Notes under the pieces: model-generated
Database searches by the model: none
What the model was told of the DNA's origin: nothing
Seen by the model: only the letters and a program-made list of their open reading frames with translations
Made by a program: the position numbers and the translations under genes
Shown: positions 36,562 to 46,382 of the stretch, in pieces
How positions within the stretch are numbered: position 1 is the stretch's first letter
Layout of the letters: every line of letters begins with the position of its first letter
Source of the DNA: an uncultured Gammaproteobacteria bacterium
GTDB taxonomy: Bacteria; Patescibacteriota; Microgenomatia; UBA10105; UBA927
Reading direction: 5' to 3'
DNA length: 64,000 nt
NCBI GenBank assembly: GCA_964445435.1
Contig: CAYUKU010000007.1
Coordinates: 3,653-67,652, forward strand

Positions 36562-37341
36562 TTACGGATTGGGGGTCGGAGTCGGGATGAGTGTTGGATA
36601 AATCTGGATGTGAACGTAGTAGTCTACAACACCTATGATGGCTCCGTACTCCACCATGGGATCACCATTTCGGTCGTTGAAAGCGCTGCGTTCCGCCTTG
36701 ATTGCGATTTCTTTCTTGACGACCTCTACGATGAAAATCCATGTATTGCCCGGAATCCACTTATCATCTTCGGTATTGGCGATGCCGAAGCGATATTCAG
36801 GCAGACCTTTTTCGTTCCGAACTACGATGGTGCAGTAGTTCGCAACTACTTTGGCGTGCGTTGCATCCGTAAATTCTACGCGAATTTGCAGATACGCGGG
36901 TTTCCGTGGGCAATTTTCCGACTGGAATCCTACCAGGCGCGAGCTTTCATCCGCGCTGAGGGGTTCCGTTATTGGCTGTGTAGCCGTAGGCACAGGTGTG
37001 TTGGTCTGCGTCTCGGTCATCGTCTCGGTCGGCGTCCGTGAGGGCGCGATCGTAACGGTTGCATCTCCAGCGGTCGGGCTCTCGGTTGGATCCGGAGTCG
37101 TGGTCGCTGTCGCCGTGGGGCTGGCGGTCACCGTGAAGGTGAACGTCGCTGTTGGCGGAGTCGTCGTTTCGGCAGTGGCGGTTGCCGTCACATACGGTGC
37201 GAGCAGGTTTTGGATCAGGGCCCAGTTGCCTCCCACAATGCTGGTGCACAGTAGAAGGGCAAAGATACCGATGATCCAGGGCCAGATCTTGCGCCGGCGA
37301 AACAAACGATGGCGGACGGGAATGGTTTTCTGATTCAACAT
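36562..37341 (-). CDS. membrane-anchored Thr/Pro-rich protein with C-terminal globular domain (259 aa)
   Basis: A TM helix is followed by a TATATAETTTPPTATFTFTVTASPTATATTTP linker. A sigma70-like promoter (TTGACA-17-TATACT) lies on the minus strand at about 37560-37595. Confidence 0.45.
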   Translation of the reverse strand: MLNQKTIPVRHRLFRRRKIWPWIIGIFALLLCTSIVGGNWALIQNLLAPYVTATATAETTTPPTATFTFTVTASPTATATTTPDPTESPTAGDATVTIAPSRTPTETMTETQTNTPVPTATQPITEPLSADESSRLVGFQSENCPRKPAYLQIRVEFTDATHAKVVANYCTIVVRNEKGLPEYRFGIANTEDDKWIPGNTWIFIVEVVKKEIAIKAERSAFNDRNGDPMVEYGAIIGVVDYYVHIQIYPTLIPTPTPNP

Positions 37342-37632
37342 GGCTGCTTCTCCTTGGTAGCAGTGGGGGAATCCCCCAGGAATAAAAAATAGGTTTGAGT
37401 ACAAAACGTGCACACAGGTGGGAATCAGGTAATTCCAGCCTCAGTGCACGCTTCGACTCAGCCTCAAGGAGATAGTGCGTGATGCCTCCCTTTGTTAAAG
37501 AGCATGCTCGTTTCAGATTGTCCAGGCCGCAAATAGGGCATGGTATCCTAACGAGGAAAGATAGTATACTATAAGCCTATAGTTTTGTCAAGTGGGCTAC
37601 TATACGAATAACACAGTGTAAATGGGAGCTTG

Positions 37633-40182
37633 TTACGCAGGTTTGGCTTCAAGGGCGTCGGCTATCTCATCGGCTGCTGCAAGCGTCATATCCAGGAACC
37701 GTTCTTCCATATCCAACTCGCCTGCGATACAGAGAACTTTCAGCCCTTCAAACAATTCTCGGTTACGCATGAGTACTTCGGTGATGATAAGCGTCGAGGA
37801 GATACCGTACTTGCTGGTCGGTTTGTAGAGATCGCGGCGGGCCACAGCACAGGCCTCAAGGGCGTCCTGGGCCATGCGCCGGTACTCTGCCGTCCGATTG
37901 GCGTCTCCCTGGCCAAGCTGCTTCACCGTCTTCTCGATGGCAGGCAGCATGGCCTTGCGGTCATAAATACGCAGGTTATCGATAAGTTCAGGCGTGGCCT
38001 TGTTGCGCATATCAACCGATATACTGGTGCCGTCTTTGCGTTTGATCAGATATGTGGCGATGCCGCCTGCAAAGACGATTTCCCGGTGCCAGGTCTCAGC
38101 AGAGGTGAATCCGCCCATGACGGCAACTTGCTGTTCATTTCCGTCTAACTCTTCAATGACCTGAGAATCACCGAGGTGTGAATTTTGGATTCGGATCAGG
38201 GAATCGTCAAAGAGCGCTTGGTCGTCTGCCTCCATGAACATTTTCCGGGCGTTTGCGGCGGTAGCCTCAGCAACAAACCGGAATTTTTGGGTTGATTCCT
38301 GAAGGACGGTAAGAATGGTGAAATCCAGAAGCCAGTCAAGCCCGTATTCAGTCGTCATAAGCCGGAAAGCGTCTTCAAGCGAAGCGAGAAGTTCACTTCG
38401 GGATATATGCACCTCTTCTGCCGGTGAGCCGAAGACTTTTGCCCGCGGGTTGTCTGCCTTCCGAAATGCGTACGTGTGGGTCGCGTTTACGACCGCATCG
38501 GCCATATTGGGCATCAGCGCAAGCTGGAGTCGCGCGCGGGGGTCGCGCGGGAGCATGCAGACAGCCATAGGGCCGAAAAACTGCCGGGTCATAAGATCGA
38601 TAAACTTGGTGCTGTTCATTTTTGCCGCCGCAAGCCGGTTAAGAAGCGCCTTCTCTGCCCGTTTCGAGAGCGGGTCGTTGGCAAGGATTCCCTGGATTTT
38701 CGCCTCCGCCTTCGTGTACCACGCGGTGTTCATGGCACTGGCGGCCCGGTCGAGTCTTGCCACCTGCTGGGGGGTAAGCTCGGTATGAACGGTAACGTCT
38801 GAGAGATGGAGTGCGTAGACAAGCTCGTTGAGAGCCCGGTCTTCCAGATAATCCAGTTTCTGGGGGTCGCTGCTGAGATTGTTTTGGATTTTCCGTCGCA
38901 GCGCCCATAGGCGCCAATATCCCGGCACGTCGTTGTCCTGCACAGGCGGGAACCATTCAATCTCAAGCTCTCGGGGCGGCGGCGTTTTCGTGGCCCCCAC
39001 GGCGCGGGCAAGGGCCAGTGTCATCGCTTTCCCCGGCACACCGTCGACTGAGGCATGGCTCCAGTAGAGCTCGGCCCTGTTTTTGTCCAGATTGTAGTGC
39101 ATATGGACGACTGATTGTCCCGATCTGGTGTGCTCGAAAAGCTCTGAATCGACAGTCGTCCCGTGCCCCGCAGATATACTCATAATCGGGCCGTCTTCGT
39201 TCATGTTCGGCGTTTTGGGCGCGGTTTTCCATGCGTACAGGCCGCCGAAAAGATGTTCGCCGTGCGCGCTAAGTAATCCTTCTAAAATGTTCGGAGGCAG
39301 CTCGAGCAGCTTGTTGATCGGCACATCGACATACTGAAGCGTGCCGGTTTGGGCGTTTTCCCGCCAGACGCGGACAGGCATGGTGGCAAAGGATTCAAAT
39401 TCACGGTAGTGCGTTTTTCCGCGTATGGTGCGCGTCAGGACATCGATGGGCGATGCGTGTTTGGCATGAGACAGGGTGATATGACGAAGGTGTTTTTGGT
39501 TGCCCCAGAGTTCTCCTTTTTCCGCTTTGGCCAGATGATTTTTCCCGTCGTCTGCCACGGCTTGCCGTCCTGTCGTGTCGGGAGGATTGGGGTGAAAGGG
39601 GATGTGTTCCGTGGCTCGCTCCGCGGCGTTCTGCGCGAATATAAGCGATCCTGCGGCAAGCATCTGCTGGAGCTCCTGCGCTCCTGCGGTTTTTGTATGC
39701 CGGTCAGGGTAGAGAAGCGTGCGCCACACGCCTCCGCGTCCGACGAGCGTCTCAAATATCCGGGGCGGCTTCTCGCGGCTCTGGCGAAGCATCGACGCGT
39801 TCCAGGAATACCGGGGGTCTGCTTCCTCTCCCAGAATGTATTTCTCGACCACGACAATCGCGTCGCGGATGAAATCGTCTGAAAATCCCGATTCGTCGAT
39901 GTGGTTCATGCGGCAGTATTGGGAGAAGATTACACGGGCGACGTGGTGGTCGCGATCTTCATCAAGAACCAGATCCTCGTTCAGAAGTACCATGCTTTGC
40001 TTGAGCATCTTTATGTTTGAAAACGTGCCGTCTTCATCGCCTTCGGTGAGCTCATCTGCGTGACGGACAAGCCAGCGGATCGCCTCCCGGTCAGTTGCGA
40101 GGTTCTTATAAAACGGGTCGGTCTCATGCACTGCGCTGGCTGAGGCTTCGTAAATAAGAGATGTTTCCGCTGGTGCTGGCAT
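37633..40182 (-). CDS. giant hypothetical protein, 849 aa
   Basis: Long ORF with no recognised motifs. It begins 21 nt downstream of the 878-aa ORF. Confidence 0.5.
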   Translation of the reverse strand: MPAPAETSLIYEASASAVHETDPFYKNLATDREAIRWLVRHADELTEGDEDGTFSNIKMLKQSMVLLNEDLVLDEDRDHHVARVIFSQYCRMNHIDESGFSDDFIRDAIVVVEKYILGEEADPRYSWNASMLRQSREKPPRIFETLVGRGGVWRTLLYPDRHTKTAGAQELQQMLAAGSLIFAQNAAERATEHIPFHPNPPDTTGRQAVADDGKNHLAKAEKGELWGNQKHLRHITLSHAKHASPIDVLTRTIRGKTHYREFESFATMPVRVWRENAQTGTLQYVDVPINKLLELPPNILEGLLSAHGEHLFGGLYAWKTAPKTPNMNEDGPIMSISAGHGTTVDSELFEHTRSGQSVVHMHYNLDKNRAELYWSHASVDGVPGKAMTLALARAVGATKTPPPRELEIEWFPPVQDNDVPGYWRLWALRRKIQNNLSSDPQKLDYLEDRALNELVYALHLSDVTVHTELTPQQVARLDRAASAMNTAWYTKAEAKIQGILANDPLSKRAEKALLNRLAAAKMNSTKFIDLMTRQFFGPMAVCMLPRDPRARLQLALMPNMADAVVNATHTYAFRKADNPRAKVFGSPAEEVHISRSELLASLEDAFRLMTTEYGLDWLLDFTILTVLQESTQKFRFVAEATAANARKMFMEADDQALFDDSLIRIQNSHLGDSQVIEELDGNEQQVAVMGGFTSAETWHREIVFAGGIATYLIKRKDGTSISVDMRNKATPELIDNLRIYDRKAMLPAIEKTVKQLGQGDANRTAEYRRMAQDALEACAVARRDLYKPTSKYGISSTLIITEVLMRNRELFEGLKVLCIAGELDMEERFLDMTLAAADEIADALEAKPA

Positions 40183-40202
40183 ACGAGGATAATTTTATTG
40201 TA

Positions 40203-42839
40203 CTACACGGAATCTTCATACATTGCGGCGTCTTGTTGCGCGTAGCGCTTTAGCCAGAAGAAGAGCCACAGCCGCAGCCGTCGATGCCACGGAAGACGGA
40301 AGAGTTTGCGCTCGTTTCTCCATGCGTAGTATGCCTGCATTGCGTCACCATAGGTTTCCTGCATGCCGAAGACAACGCGGATAAGCGGGTAGCGGCCTTC
40401 GGTGTGATTAAACAGCCGGTCTCTGTGGAACCGTTCGTCATCGAGTTTTTTCTTCACCATGTCCTCGAGGCTTGGAAAGTGTTGCATTTCCACCTGAAAC
40501 ATGGCGCCTGAGTTCTCGTGCATTTCCATCACGTACTTGATCCATTCCCATTTTTCTTTCGAGCTTGCGCTGCCTTTCTGCTGGCCTTCGATATCAAGGA
40601 GGCCCTCCATGGTGCTGGAAACGCGGCCTTTGTATAAACGAAAGACGGGATGTTGGGTTTCCCTGTCTGCGGTAACCTGGATCATGAGGGCGTTTAAGAT
40701 AAGTTGAGATGCCCAGCGCTGCCAATGGCGGGTGATTTCTTGGGCCATTGCCTGAGCGATGAGCGGGTGTCTCTGGTAGAGCTGTTGTTCAAATCTATGC
40801 AGGTCAAGGCCGATCATAAAGCCGAAGATATCGCTCATATCTTCATCCGGGGATTCGATGCCGCCGCGCTCCAAGTCTTTGCGGTATGCTGAATATTCGT
40901 CTTTTACCCGTACCGAGAAGGCAAGCGGGATATCAAATTCAGAAAGATCAATGCCAAAGATAGTGATTGGCGGAATATCGATGAGATGCTTAAACATATG
41001 TATTTTTTCCGGTGGGATAATATGGTGGTCAAATGTTCCCGCGGCTGTTCGAATCGTGCCTACACGGTCTCCCAGAAGCGTATCCATGGCGCTTCGCAAG
41101 GGTTTTATGTGGGTGCCTGTCTTTGCGGTTACCATTTGATCGACTTGGTCAATCCTGATCATTTCGCACAATTTGCGCATCGCGGCGTTGCGCTCTGAGT
41201 TATTGATCGGTTGTCCTGTATACTGACTCATGCCAAACATCCGCATGACAAGCTCTGGAATTTCCTGCGTGGTTGAGCCCAACGCATTGGGACGAAGGTT
41301 TGTCAGGATTGCAGGGTTTACTGTCTTTTTGAGCGGCTCAAACTGCTGAAGCAGAAAGCCTTCTACTTTTTGGCTCAGTTTTCCTAATTTAATTGGATCA
41401 CCGATTACATGAACACCTGTTTCCGGGTCTGGATTGCAGTAACGCTGGGTCAAGCGTTGCTTGATGCCTTCATAGGCGGGAGGATTCGTTTTTTCCATGG
41501 TGAGGAATTGGCACAAGTTTTTCACGACTGTCGCGTACCAGCCTTCTTGCGCGGTGTTGACGTTGAATGTTTCACATACGGTGTCAACGATATGTTTAAG
41601 CGGTGGGCACCGTGCGATGAGCTCATAATCATGTTTGCTCCAGTGCTGGAGCTCAGAGAGCATGTGGGCAAGAAGCAGGGGAAATTGTGGTCCGGTTTCC
41701 GCGTAATACTCAACCGACAGGTCTTGTGCAACCCATCGTGTGGCGGTGCTGAGGTCTTGGATGAGCTTCATGCGGCTTTTCAGGCGGTGCTCGGATACTC
41801 CCAGAGCTTTTAGACGACCAAATAATTTCTGATCGACATATAGATTCGGGAAGTTAGTTTTGTCGGAATACGATTTCTCAATGTTATGAAGGATTCTTTT
41901 CATCGTCGTAAGCTGACGGATCGCATCCTGTTGGGAAGCCGGATCAGGGCGTCGCAAGAGTATCGTTATTTGCCTTTGTTCAGATTTCCGCAGTTGATGA
42001 TCAGGGACGGATTCCAGATAGGATAAGACCCTGCGCATCGTCTGTGCTTCATAGATGTATGCTTCTGCTTCAACTGCAGCTTTGAAGCGTGCGATTTCGG
42101 TAGGATCTGATATGACATGTGCTTTTTTCCGTCTCTGCGCGGAACTAGAAAGGCTGTCAACGAGGGTAAATACCCGTCCGTCACCGTGGTGATAGATCGT
42201 TTCCGTCTCAAAGAGACTGGATACGCGTGATGGCGTAAGTTGGAGGACGTTCTGCAGTTTGTCTTGGGGGTCGAAAAAATGCACACGGTCGTGCGGCGCG
42301 GCACGGGCAACCACAAGGTGCGTCGTGTTTTTCAGGCGGCCCGGCTTTTTCGTATCTGGAAGACGCGGGTGGTCAAACGAATAGGTGTAGGTGATATTGT
42401 CCAGAATTTTTGGTCGGTGGGCGACGAGATGGACTTCTTCAAACGCCTCGTTTCGGGCGGCTTTTATGATGTCCTTCGCCTTGATGGGGTGCGTGGGGTC
42501 AACCTGCCTTCCGCCGCCGCCGACTAAGATGACTTGGTTGGGGTTGACGACGTTTTGCCCAGCCGCCTTCACTTCCCAAATCATGGTGGTAACCTCAGGG
42601 AGCGGACTTGATGCTTCATGGAGGATGTAATGTTCCAGCTTTTCTCCTTGAAGCGAAGTTTTGTCTGCAAGCAGTTGAGTGAGTGCCTCGTTGGAAGGCA
42701 ACATATGCTCCAAGATCATGGCTGGTTCCATACGCATCAACGCGATGCGTACCGTATCCTGGTGGTATTCGTGTTCGCGCCGTTCAGCCTGAAATGTCCG
42801 TTCGGCGGCGCTTTGTGTTACTACTACTGCTTCTTTCAT
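40203..42839 (-). CDS. giant hypothetical protein, 878 aa
   Basis: Long ORF with no recognised motifs. Confidence 0.5.
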   Translation of the reverse strand: MKEAVVVTQSAAERTFQAERREHEYHQDTVRIALMRMEPAMILEHMLPSNEALTQLLADKTSLQGEKLEHYILHEASSPLPEVTTMIWEVKAAGQNVVNPNQVILVGGGGRQVDPTHPIKAKDIIKAARNEAFEEVHLVAHRPKILDNITYTYSFDHPRLPDTKKPGRLKNTTHLVVARAAPHDRVHFFDPQDKLQNVLQLTPSRVSSLFETETIYHHGDGRVFTLVDSLSSSAQRRKKAHVISDPTEIARFKAAVEAEAYIYEAQTMRRVLSYLESVPDHQLRKSEQRQITILLRRPDPASQQDAIRQLTTMKRILHNIEKSYSDKTNFPNLYVDQKLFGRLKALGVSEHRLKSRMKLIQDLSTATRWVAQDLSVEYYAETGPQFPLLLAHMLSELQHWSKHDYELIARCPPLKHIVDTVCETFNVNTAQEGWYATVVKNLCQFLTMEKTNPPAYEGIKQRLTQRYCNPDPETGVHVIGDPIKLGKLSQKVEGFLLQQFEPLKKTVNPAILTNLRPNALGSTTQEIPELVMRMFGMSQYTGQPINNSERNAAMRKLCEMIRIDQVDQMVTAKTGTHIKPLRSAMDTLLGDRVGTIRTAAGTFDHHIIPPEKIHMFKHLIDIPPITIFGIDLSEFDIPLAFSVRVKDEYSAYRKDLERGGIESPDEDMSDIFGFMIGLDLHRFEQQLYQRHPLIAQAMAQEITRHWQRWASQLILNALMIQVTADRETQHPVFRLYKGRVSSTMEGLLDIEGQQKGSASSKEKWEWIKYVMEMHENSGAMFQVEMQHFPSLEDMVKKKLDDERFHRDRLFNHTEGRYPLIRVVFGMQETYGDAMQAYYAWRNERKLFRLPWHRRLRLWLFFWLKRYAQQDAAMYEDSV

Positions 42840-43048
42840 AGATTCCTAAAAAGAAACCCCCTTGCGGGGGTGATCGTTCTGCTTGGCTTTTGTTTCTCTT
42901 GTGCCGTTTAGACCACGTCCCCGCTGCCGACCCTAATAAGGGATCGGAAATACGTTAGGACAGTAATCTGTGTGTTTCTCAGAACCATGATTGGGAAATT
43001 ATAGCCAAGTCATGCCTGTTTTGGCAAGTTAATGTGTGATAACCCACC

Positions 43049-43073
43049 AAAAACCCCGCCGGTGAGGCGGGGG
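43049..43073 (-). terminator. Rho-independent terminator (minus strand: GGCGGGG-loop-CCCCGCC-TTTTT)
   Basis: A hairpin plus T-tract on the minus strand lies downstream of the 43278..43712 gene. Confidence 0.55.
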
Positions 43074-43277
43074 GGTGTTTCCTGGCGATGAAAACAGTGT
43101 GGGAGAGATATCAATTCCGAATTAATCGGGACTGGTGAAACTCCCACACATGCAGACAATCACAGCGACGTAAAAACGTCTTTTCCCTGCAGGGCGCATG
43201 TCTGAAAGTTTCGTTGGTCCCAATCGGATTCCTCTCCGGGCGAAGTTGAGGGGATTGGGTGGATGCGGCTTGGTGCG

Positions 43278-43712
43278 CTACGCTGTGCCTGTTGACGTAG
43301 GCTTGGTGAAGGCAACGTACGCTGCCCACCCACCCAGAACTGTCACCATCGCGGTCATTGCCAGTACCCTCCATCCTTCGATGAGACTGAAGGAATAAGG
43401 TTCAGCGAGACCAGTGGCGGCGATTTGTCCCAGGAGGTACAAGCCCATCAGGACGGCGAATGCGCCAGGCAGAAACACAATCCAGCGCGCGAGTCTTGGG
43501 GCGTCGGGGAGATTTGCCCAAGGCAACACCGCGATGATTGTCCCAAGTGCCATGCCCATGGTGCTTGCCAGAAGGTATAGATTGCCGTTGTTCACGACAT
43601 AAACTATAGCGTCATCGAGCCATGCGACCACTGCATTCATCGCGAAGATTGTGCCCATCGCGGACATGATTCCGCCGACAAGACTGGCAAGTGTTTTCGC
43701 TGCGTTTGTCAT
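43278..43712 (-). CDS. small integral membrane protein (144 aa, 4 TM)
   Basis: An AAGGAG RBS sits upstream of the Met at 43712. The longer ORF-track version lacks an RBS. Confidence 0.5.
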   Translation of the reverse strand: MTNAAKTLASLVGGIMSAMGTIFAMNAVVAWLDDAIVYVVNNGNLYLLASTMGMALGTIIAVLPWANLPDAPRLARWIVFLPGAFAVLMGLYLLGQIAATGLAEPYSFSLIEGWRVLAMTAMVTVLGGWAAYVAFTKPTSTGTA

Positions 43713-44001
43713 TTGTTCGCTCCTTTCTCTAGGATCTTCATGGGTCGCCCACGGCCCGCGCCGTTCTTCTTGCCCATGAATTGGTGGAATTGACCGCTTC
43801 CGGTGCTTCTTGCATGCGGTCAGGGAGGTGATCTGTCTTGAAAGAGATGATCGTAACAGATCGTCTGTTTCATCCAGATCGCCTCTGACCTGCAGGAATT
43901 GTGAAGGTGCCAGGAACCTGTTTGGCCGAAAAAAGAGCTGCATACGGCTCTCAATCGGTAGCCAGGACTGTATCACTATGAGCCAATATTGTCAAAAAGT
44001 T

Positions 44002-44030
44002 AGCTTCGCAAGGCCAGGCCTTGCGAAGCT
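44002..44030. repeat. palB 29-nt palindrome copy
   Basis: Read directly. Confidence 0.85.
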
Positions 44031-44218
44031 AAAAAATAACCCCTTGGTTGTCCGCTGGAGGACAAAAGGGGTTAAGTCTGCTGCCGCAGGTTTAGCGGTA
44101 CGGGAGAGATTTCCCTTCCGCATTGCGGAAGGGGAGAAACTCCCGTACACCGTGCATCAATCTCAAAACAGCTTTACAGCTGCCGCATCGGGTGGAGTTT
44201 CGACGTTGAACGGGACAG

Positions 44219-44296
44219 TCAGCCAAAAAAGACGGGCCAACTGGCTAAGACTGCAGCGGCGAGGCTCAGGAGGGCGATTATGAATAGGACGATCAT
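44219..44296 (-). CDS. possible tiny hydrophobic peptide D (25 aa: MIVLFIIALLSLAAAVLASWPVFFG)
   Basis: The RBS is weak and the ORF is very short. Confidence 0.2.
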   Translation of the reverse strand: MIVLFIIALLSLAAAVLASWPVFFG

Positions 44297-44318
44297 GGCG
44301 ATCGTTCGCTTGCCAAGG

Positions 44319-44435
44319 CTATCCATAGCGTCTCCGTGTCCGACGGAATCGTTTTGCAAGCCTGACTGCCGCAACAATAAGCAATATCAGGCCGCTGATG
44401 CCCGCGGGAATAGCAACCATAACGAGCGGATTCAT
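44319..44435 (-). CDS. tiny membrane peptide C (38 aa: MNPLVMVAIPAGISGLILLIVAAVRLAKRFRRTRRRYG)
   Basis: A GGAGG RBS is present, with a single TM helix and a basic tail. Confidence 0.4.
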   Translation of the reverse strand: MNPLVMVAIPAGISGLILLIVAAVRLAKRFRRTRRRYG

Positions 44436-44439
44436 GGCT

Positions 44440-44574
44440 TTATTCCTCCGGCGGTTGACTACGCAGGGCTTTGAGGTCCTTCAACAGACCGATGCCAAGC
44501 ACGATCATCGCGGCTGCAAAGCCGATGATGAGTGCCTTGCCCTGCCATGGCATCTCGATAAACCACTGAACCAT
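44440..44574 (-). CDS. tiny membrane peptide B (44 aa: MVQWFIEMPWQGKALIIGFAAAMIVLGIGLLKDLKALRSQPPEE)
   Basis: An AAGGAGG RBS lies 5 nt upstream. It has a single TM helix. Confidence 0.45.
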   Translation of the reverse strand: MVQWFIEMPWQGKALIIGFAAAMIVLGIGLLKDLKALRSQPPEE

Positions 44575-44583
44575 GCTGCCTCC

Positions 44584-44715
44584 TTATTTCTGGGCAAGCT
44601 CACGGACTCTCGCAAGTCCATCAGCCTGTGGGTTGCGGCTGGGGGCGTTCATAATCGCGCGGATGAGAAATCCGGCGATGACCCCAACCAGGACGAACGG
44701 GAACATTTTCTTCAT
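44584..44715 (-). CDS. tiny membrane peptide A (43 aa: MKKMFPFVLVGVIAGFLIRAIMNAPSRNPQADGLARVRELAQK)
   Basis: Found by hand. It has a GAGGAG RBS and a single TM helix, and is the first of a tandem run of small peptides. Confidence 0.45.
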   Translation of the reverse strand: MKKMFPFVLVGVIAGFLIRAIMNAPSRNPQADGLARVRELAQK

Positions 44716-44851
44716 AAGCAACTCCTCTTTTGAAATTTGACGTTCCGGAGAAAAGCCAGATTAAGCTTCTCACCGGAACGCCAAATATCCCAAAATGCGT
44801 GAAATTGTCAACGTGCGACAGCAAACACGCCGGATTATATCAAACTTCGAA

Positions 44852-44870
44852 TTCAAAGCTAAGCTTTGAA
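44852..44870. repeat. REP-A copy (with ATTATCTAGAGCG tail) upstream of the peptide cassette
   Basis: Read directly. Confidence 0.8.
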
Positions 44871-45002
44871 ATTATCTAGAGCGTGGGGACAGGCTGAAAA
44901 ATATGCGAAGGGGCTATTTTAGATAATAATTTTCAGCGATCGAAGGATGGGAAGAAGGACTTCCCGCCTCCTCGGCGGGTCGCCCGGTGAGGCGACAAAC
45001 GG

Positions 45003-45656
45003 TTAAAGTATTATCTTAAGACTCCTGAGAATCGGGAGTAATACTTCAAACGGCAGGCCGATGACGTTGGTGTAGCTGCCGTCGAGCTTCGTGACCAGAT
45101 CCCACGGCGCTTCATTGAGCGCATACCCTGCGGCAAACCTCGTGAAGTCGAAGCGGGTAATGTAGCTTTCGATCTCGGTTGCATTCATCTTGCGGAAGGT
45201 GACTTTCGTCGTGACAGACTTCTCCCAGGTTTTTTTCACCTTCTCCCCCTGCATGAGGATAACGTGCACGGCAGTCGTGAAGGAATGCGTCTTGCCCATG
45301 AGTGCTTTGAGGATTTCGCGGGTGTTCTCGCGGTCCGTGGATTTGCCGAACGTTTTGGCGCCCAGGATGGCCATGGAATCGGCCGCGACGATGAGTGATT
45401 CGCGCTCTTCCGGGATGCTGTAGACGCGCGGGTGGTTGGCCACTTCCAGAGCTTTCGCGGCGGCGCGCTTCTTGATCATCGTTTCAGGCTTTTTGTCCAC
45501 GATTTTGTCCTCGTCGATGCGGGCAACGGCCACACGGAAGCGGACTCCGAGTTTCTCCAGAAGCTGGCGTCGGCCGATGGACTGGGAGGCCAGGATGACA
45601 TCCGGCTTGGGCGGTTCAGGCGGGGGAGCGTTTTTGGAGGCAAAAGATAATTTCAT
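45003..45656 (-). CDS. maf: Maf-like nucleoside triphosphate pyrophosphatase (septum formation protein Maf)
   Basis: 'VILASQSIGRRQLLEKLGVRFRV..ARIDE' matches the Maf N-terminal signature, and the conserved C-terminal 'NVIGLP' is present. Confidence 0.7.
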   Translation of the reverse strand: MKLSFASKNAPPPEPPKPDVILASQSIGRRQLLEKLGVRFRVAVARIDEDKIVDKKPETMIKKRAAAKALEVANHPRVYSIPEERESLIVAADSMAILGAKTFGKSTDRENTREILKALMGKTHSFTTAVHVILMQGEKVKKTWEKSVTTKVTFRKMNATEIESYITRFDFTRFAAGYALNEAPWDLVTKLDGSYTNVIGLPFEVLLPILRSLKIIL

Positions 45657-45845
45657 GCCAGCATATTTTATCAGATTCGGGATCAGAAAGCTACGAGCAG
45701 TATTGAGGCAGTAAGAGGTATTATTATATCTATTGATGTAAAAAAGTGGGGCTGTCGGTCAGAAGTGTGTGGTCTAGGAGGAAAGGAACTCCGACACTCC
45801 TGGCGACAACCCCGTGTGAGCTCGAACGAACGAATAATTCCTTTC

Positions 45846-46382
45846 TTATGGACCGACCTTCATCGGCTTGGCGACCGTGGTGACCGGTAGGTCGAGTTTG
45901 ACGCCGAGGAAGAGCGTATCGTACATCTCTTCCGGGATGGCTTCGCCGTAGGCGGCAACGCCTTGTGCGTACGTGGCGTATTCGATGTTCGTTGCTTTTG
46001 CGACATAGGCATATACCATCGCGATGGACTTGTTGATGGTTTCGCCGTTTTGGATGCCACCGATTTTCTGCGCCATGCATGCCGCGAAGACCCCTAAGTT
46101 GAGGTCGAACACGGTGTCGCCATTCACCTGGTAGCCCTTGTCCAAGGTGAAGGTAAGCGGCTCATCCTGCAGGGACACGACCGTAATGTCCGTAGTGCAG
46201 GATTCAATCCGCATTAGCCGGGTCCACGCCACCCAATTCACGAGGTTGATCTGGATGTCAGTGTCCACAATCATCTCGCTTTTGATGGTCGGGGTGACCA
46301 CGCCTTCTGCGGGGTTTCCTCCTCCAAGTCCAGCACAACCAACAAGGAGGAAGGACAATAAAATGGGGAACAACTTTCTCAT
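45846..46382 (-). CDS. lipoprotein (lipobox LLVGC)
   Basis: The N-terminus MRKLFPILLSFLLVGCAG carries a lipobox. The start was chosen at the Met at 46382. Confidence 0.5.
   Translation of the reverse strand: MRKLFPILLSFLLVGCAGLGGGNPAEGVVTPTIKSEMIVDTDIQINLVNWVAWTRLMRIESCTTDITVVSLQDEPLTFTLDKGYQVNGDTVFDLNLGVFAACMAQKIGGIQNGETINKSIAMVYAYVAKATNIEYATYAQGVAAYGEAIPEEMYDTLFLGVKLDLPVTTVAKPMKVGP

Noticed and set aside
44280-44733. Plus-strand ORFs 44280..44474 and 44398..44733
   Set aside because: They lack RBSs and are antisense to the well-formed tandem micro-ORFs, each of which has a Shine-Dalgarno sequence.
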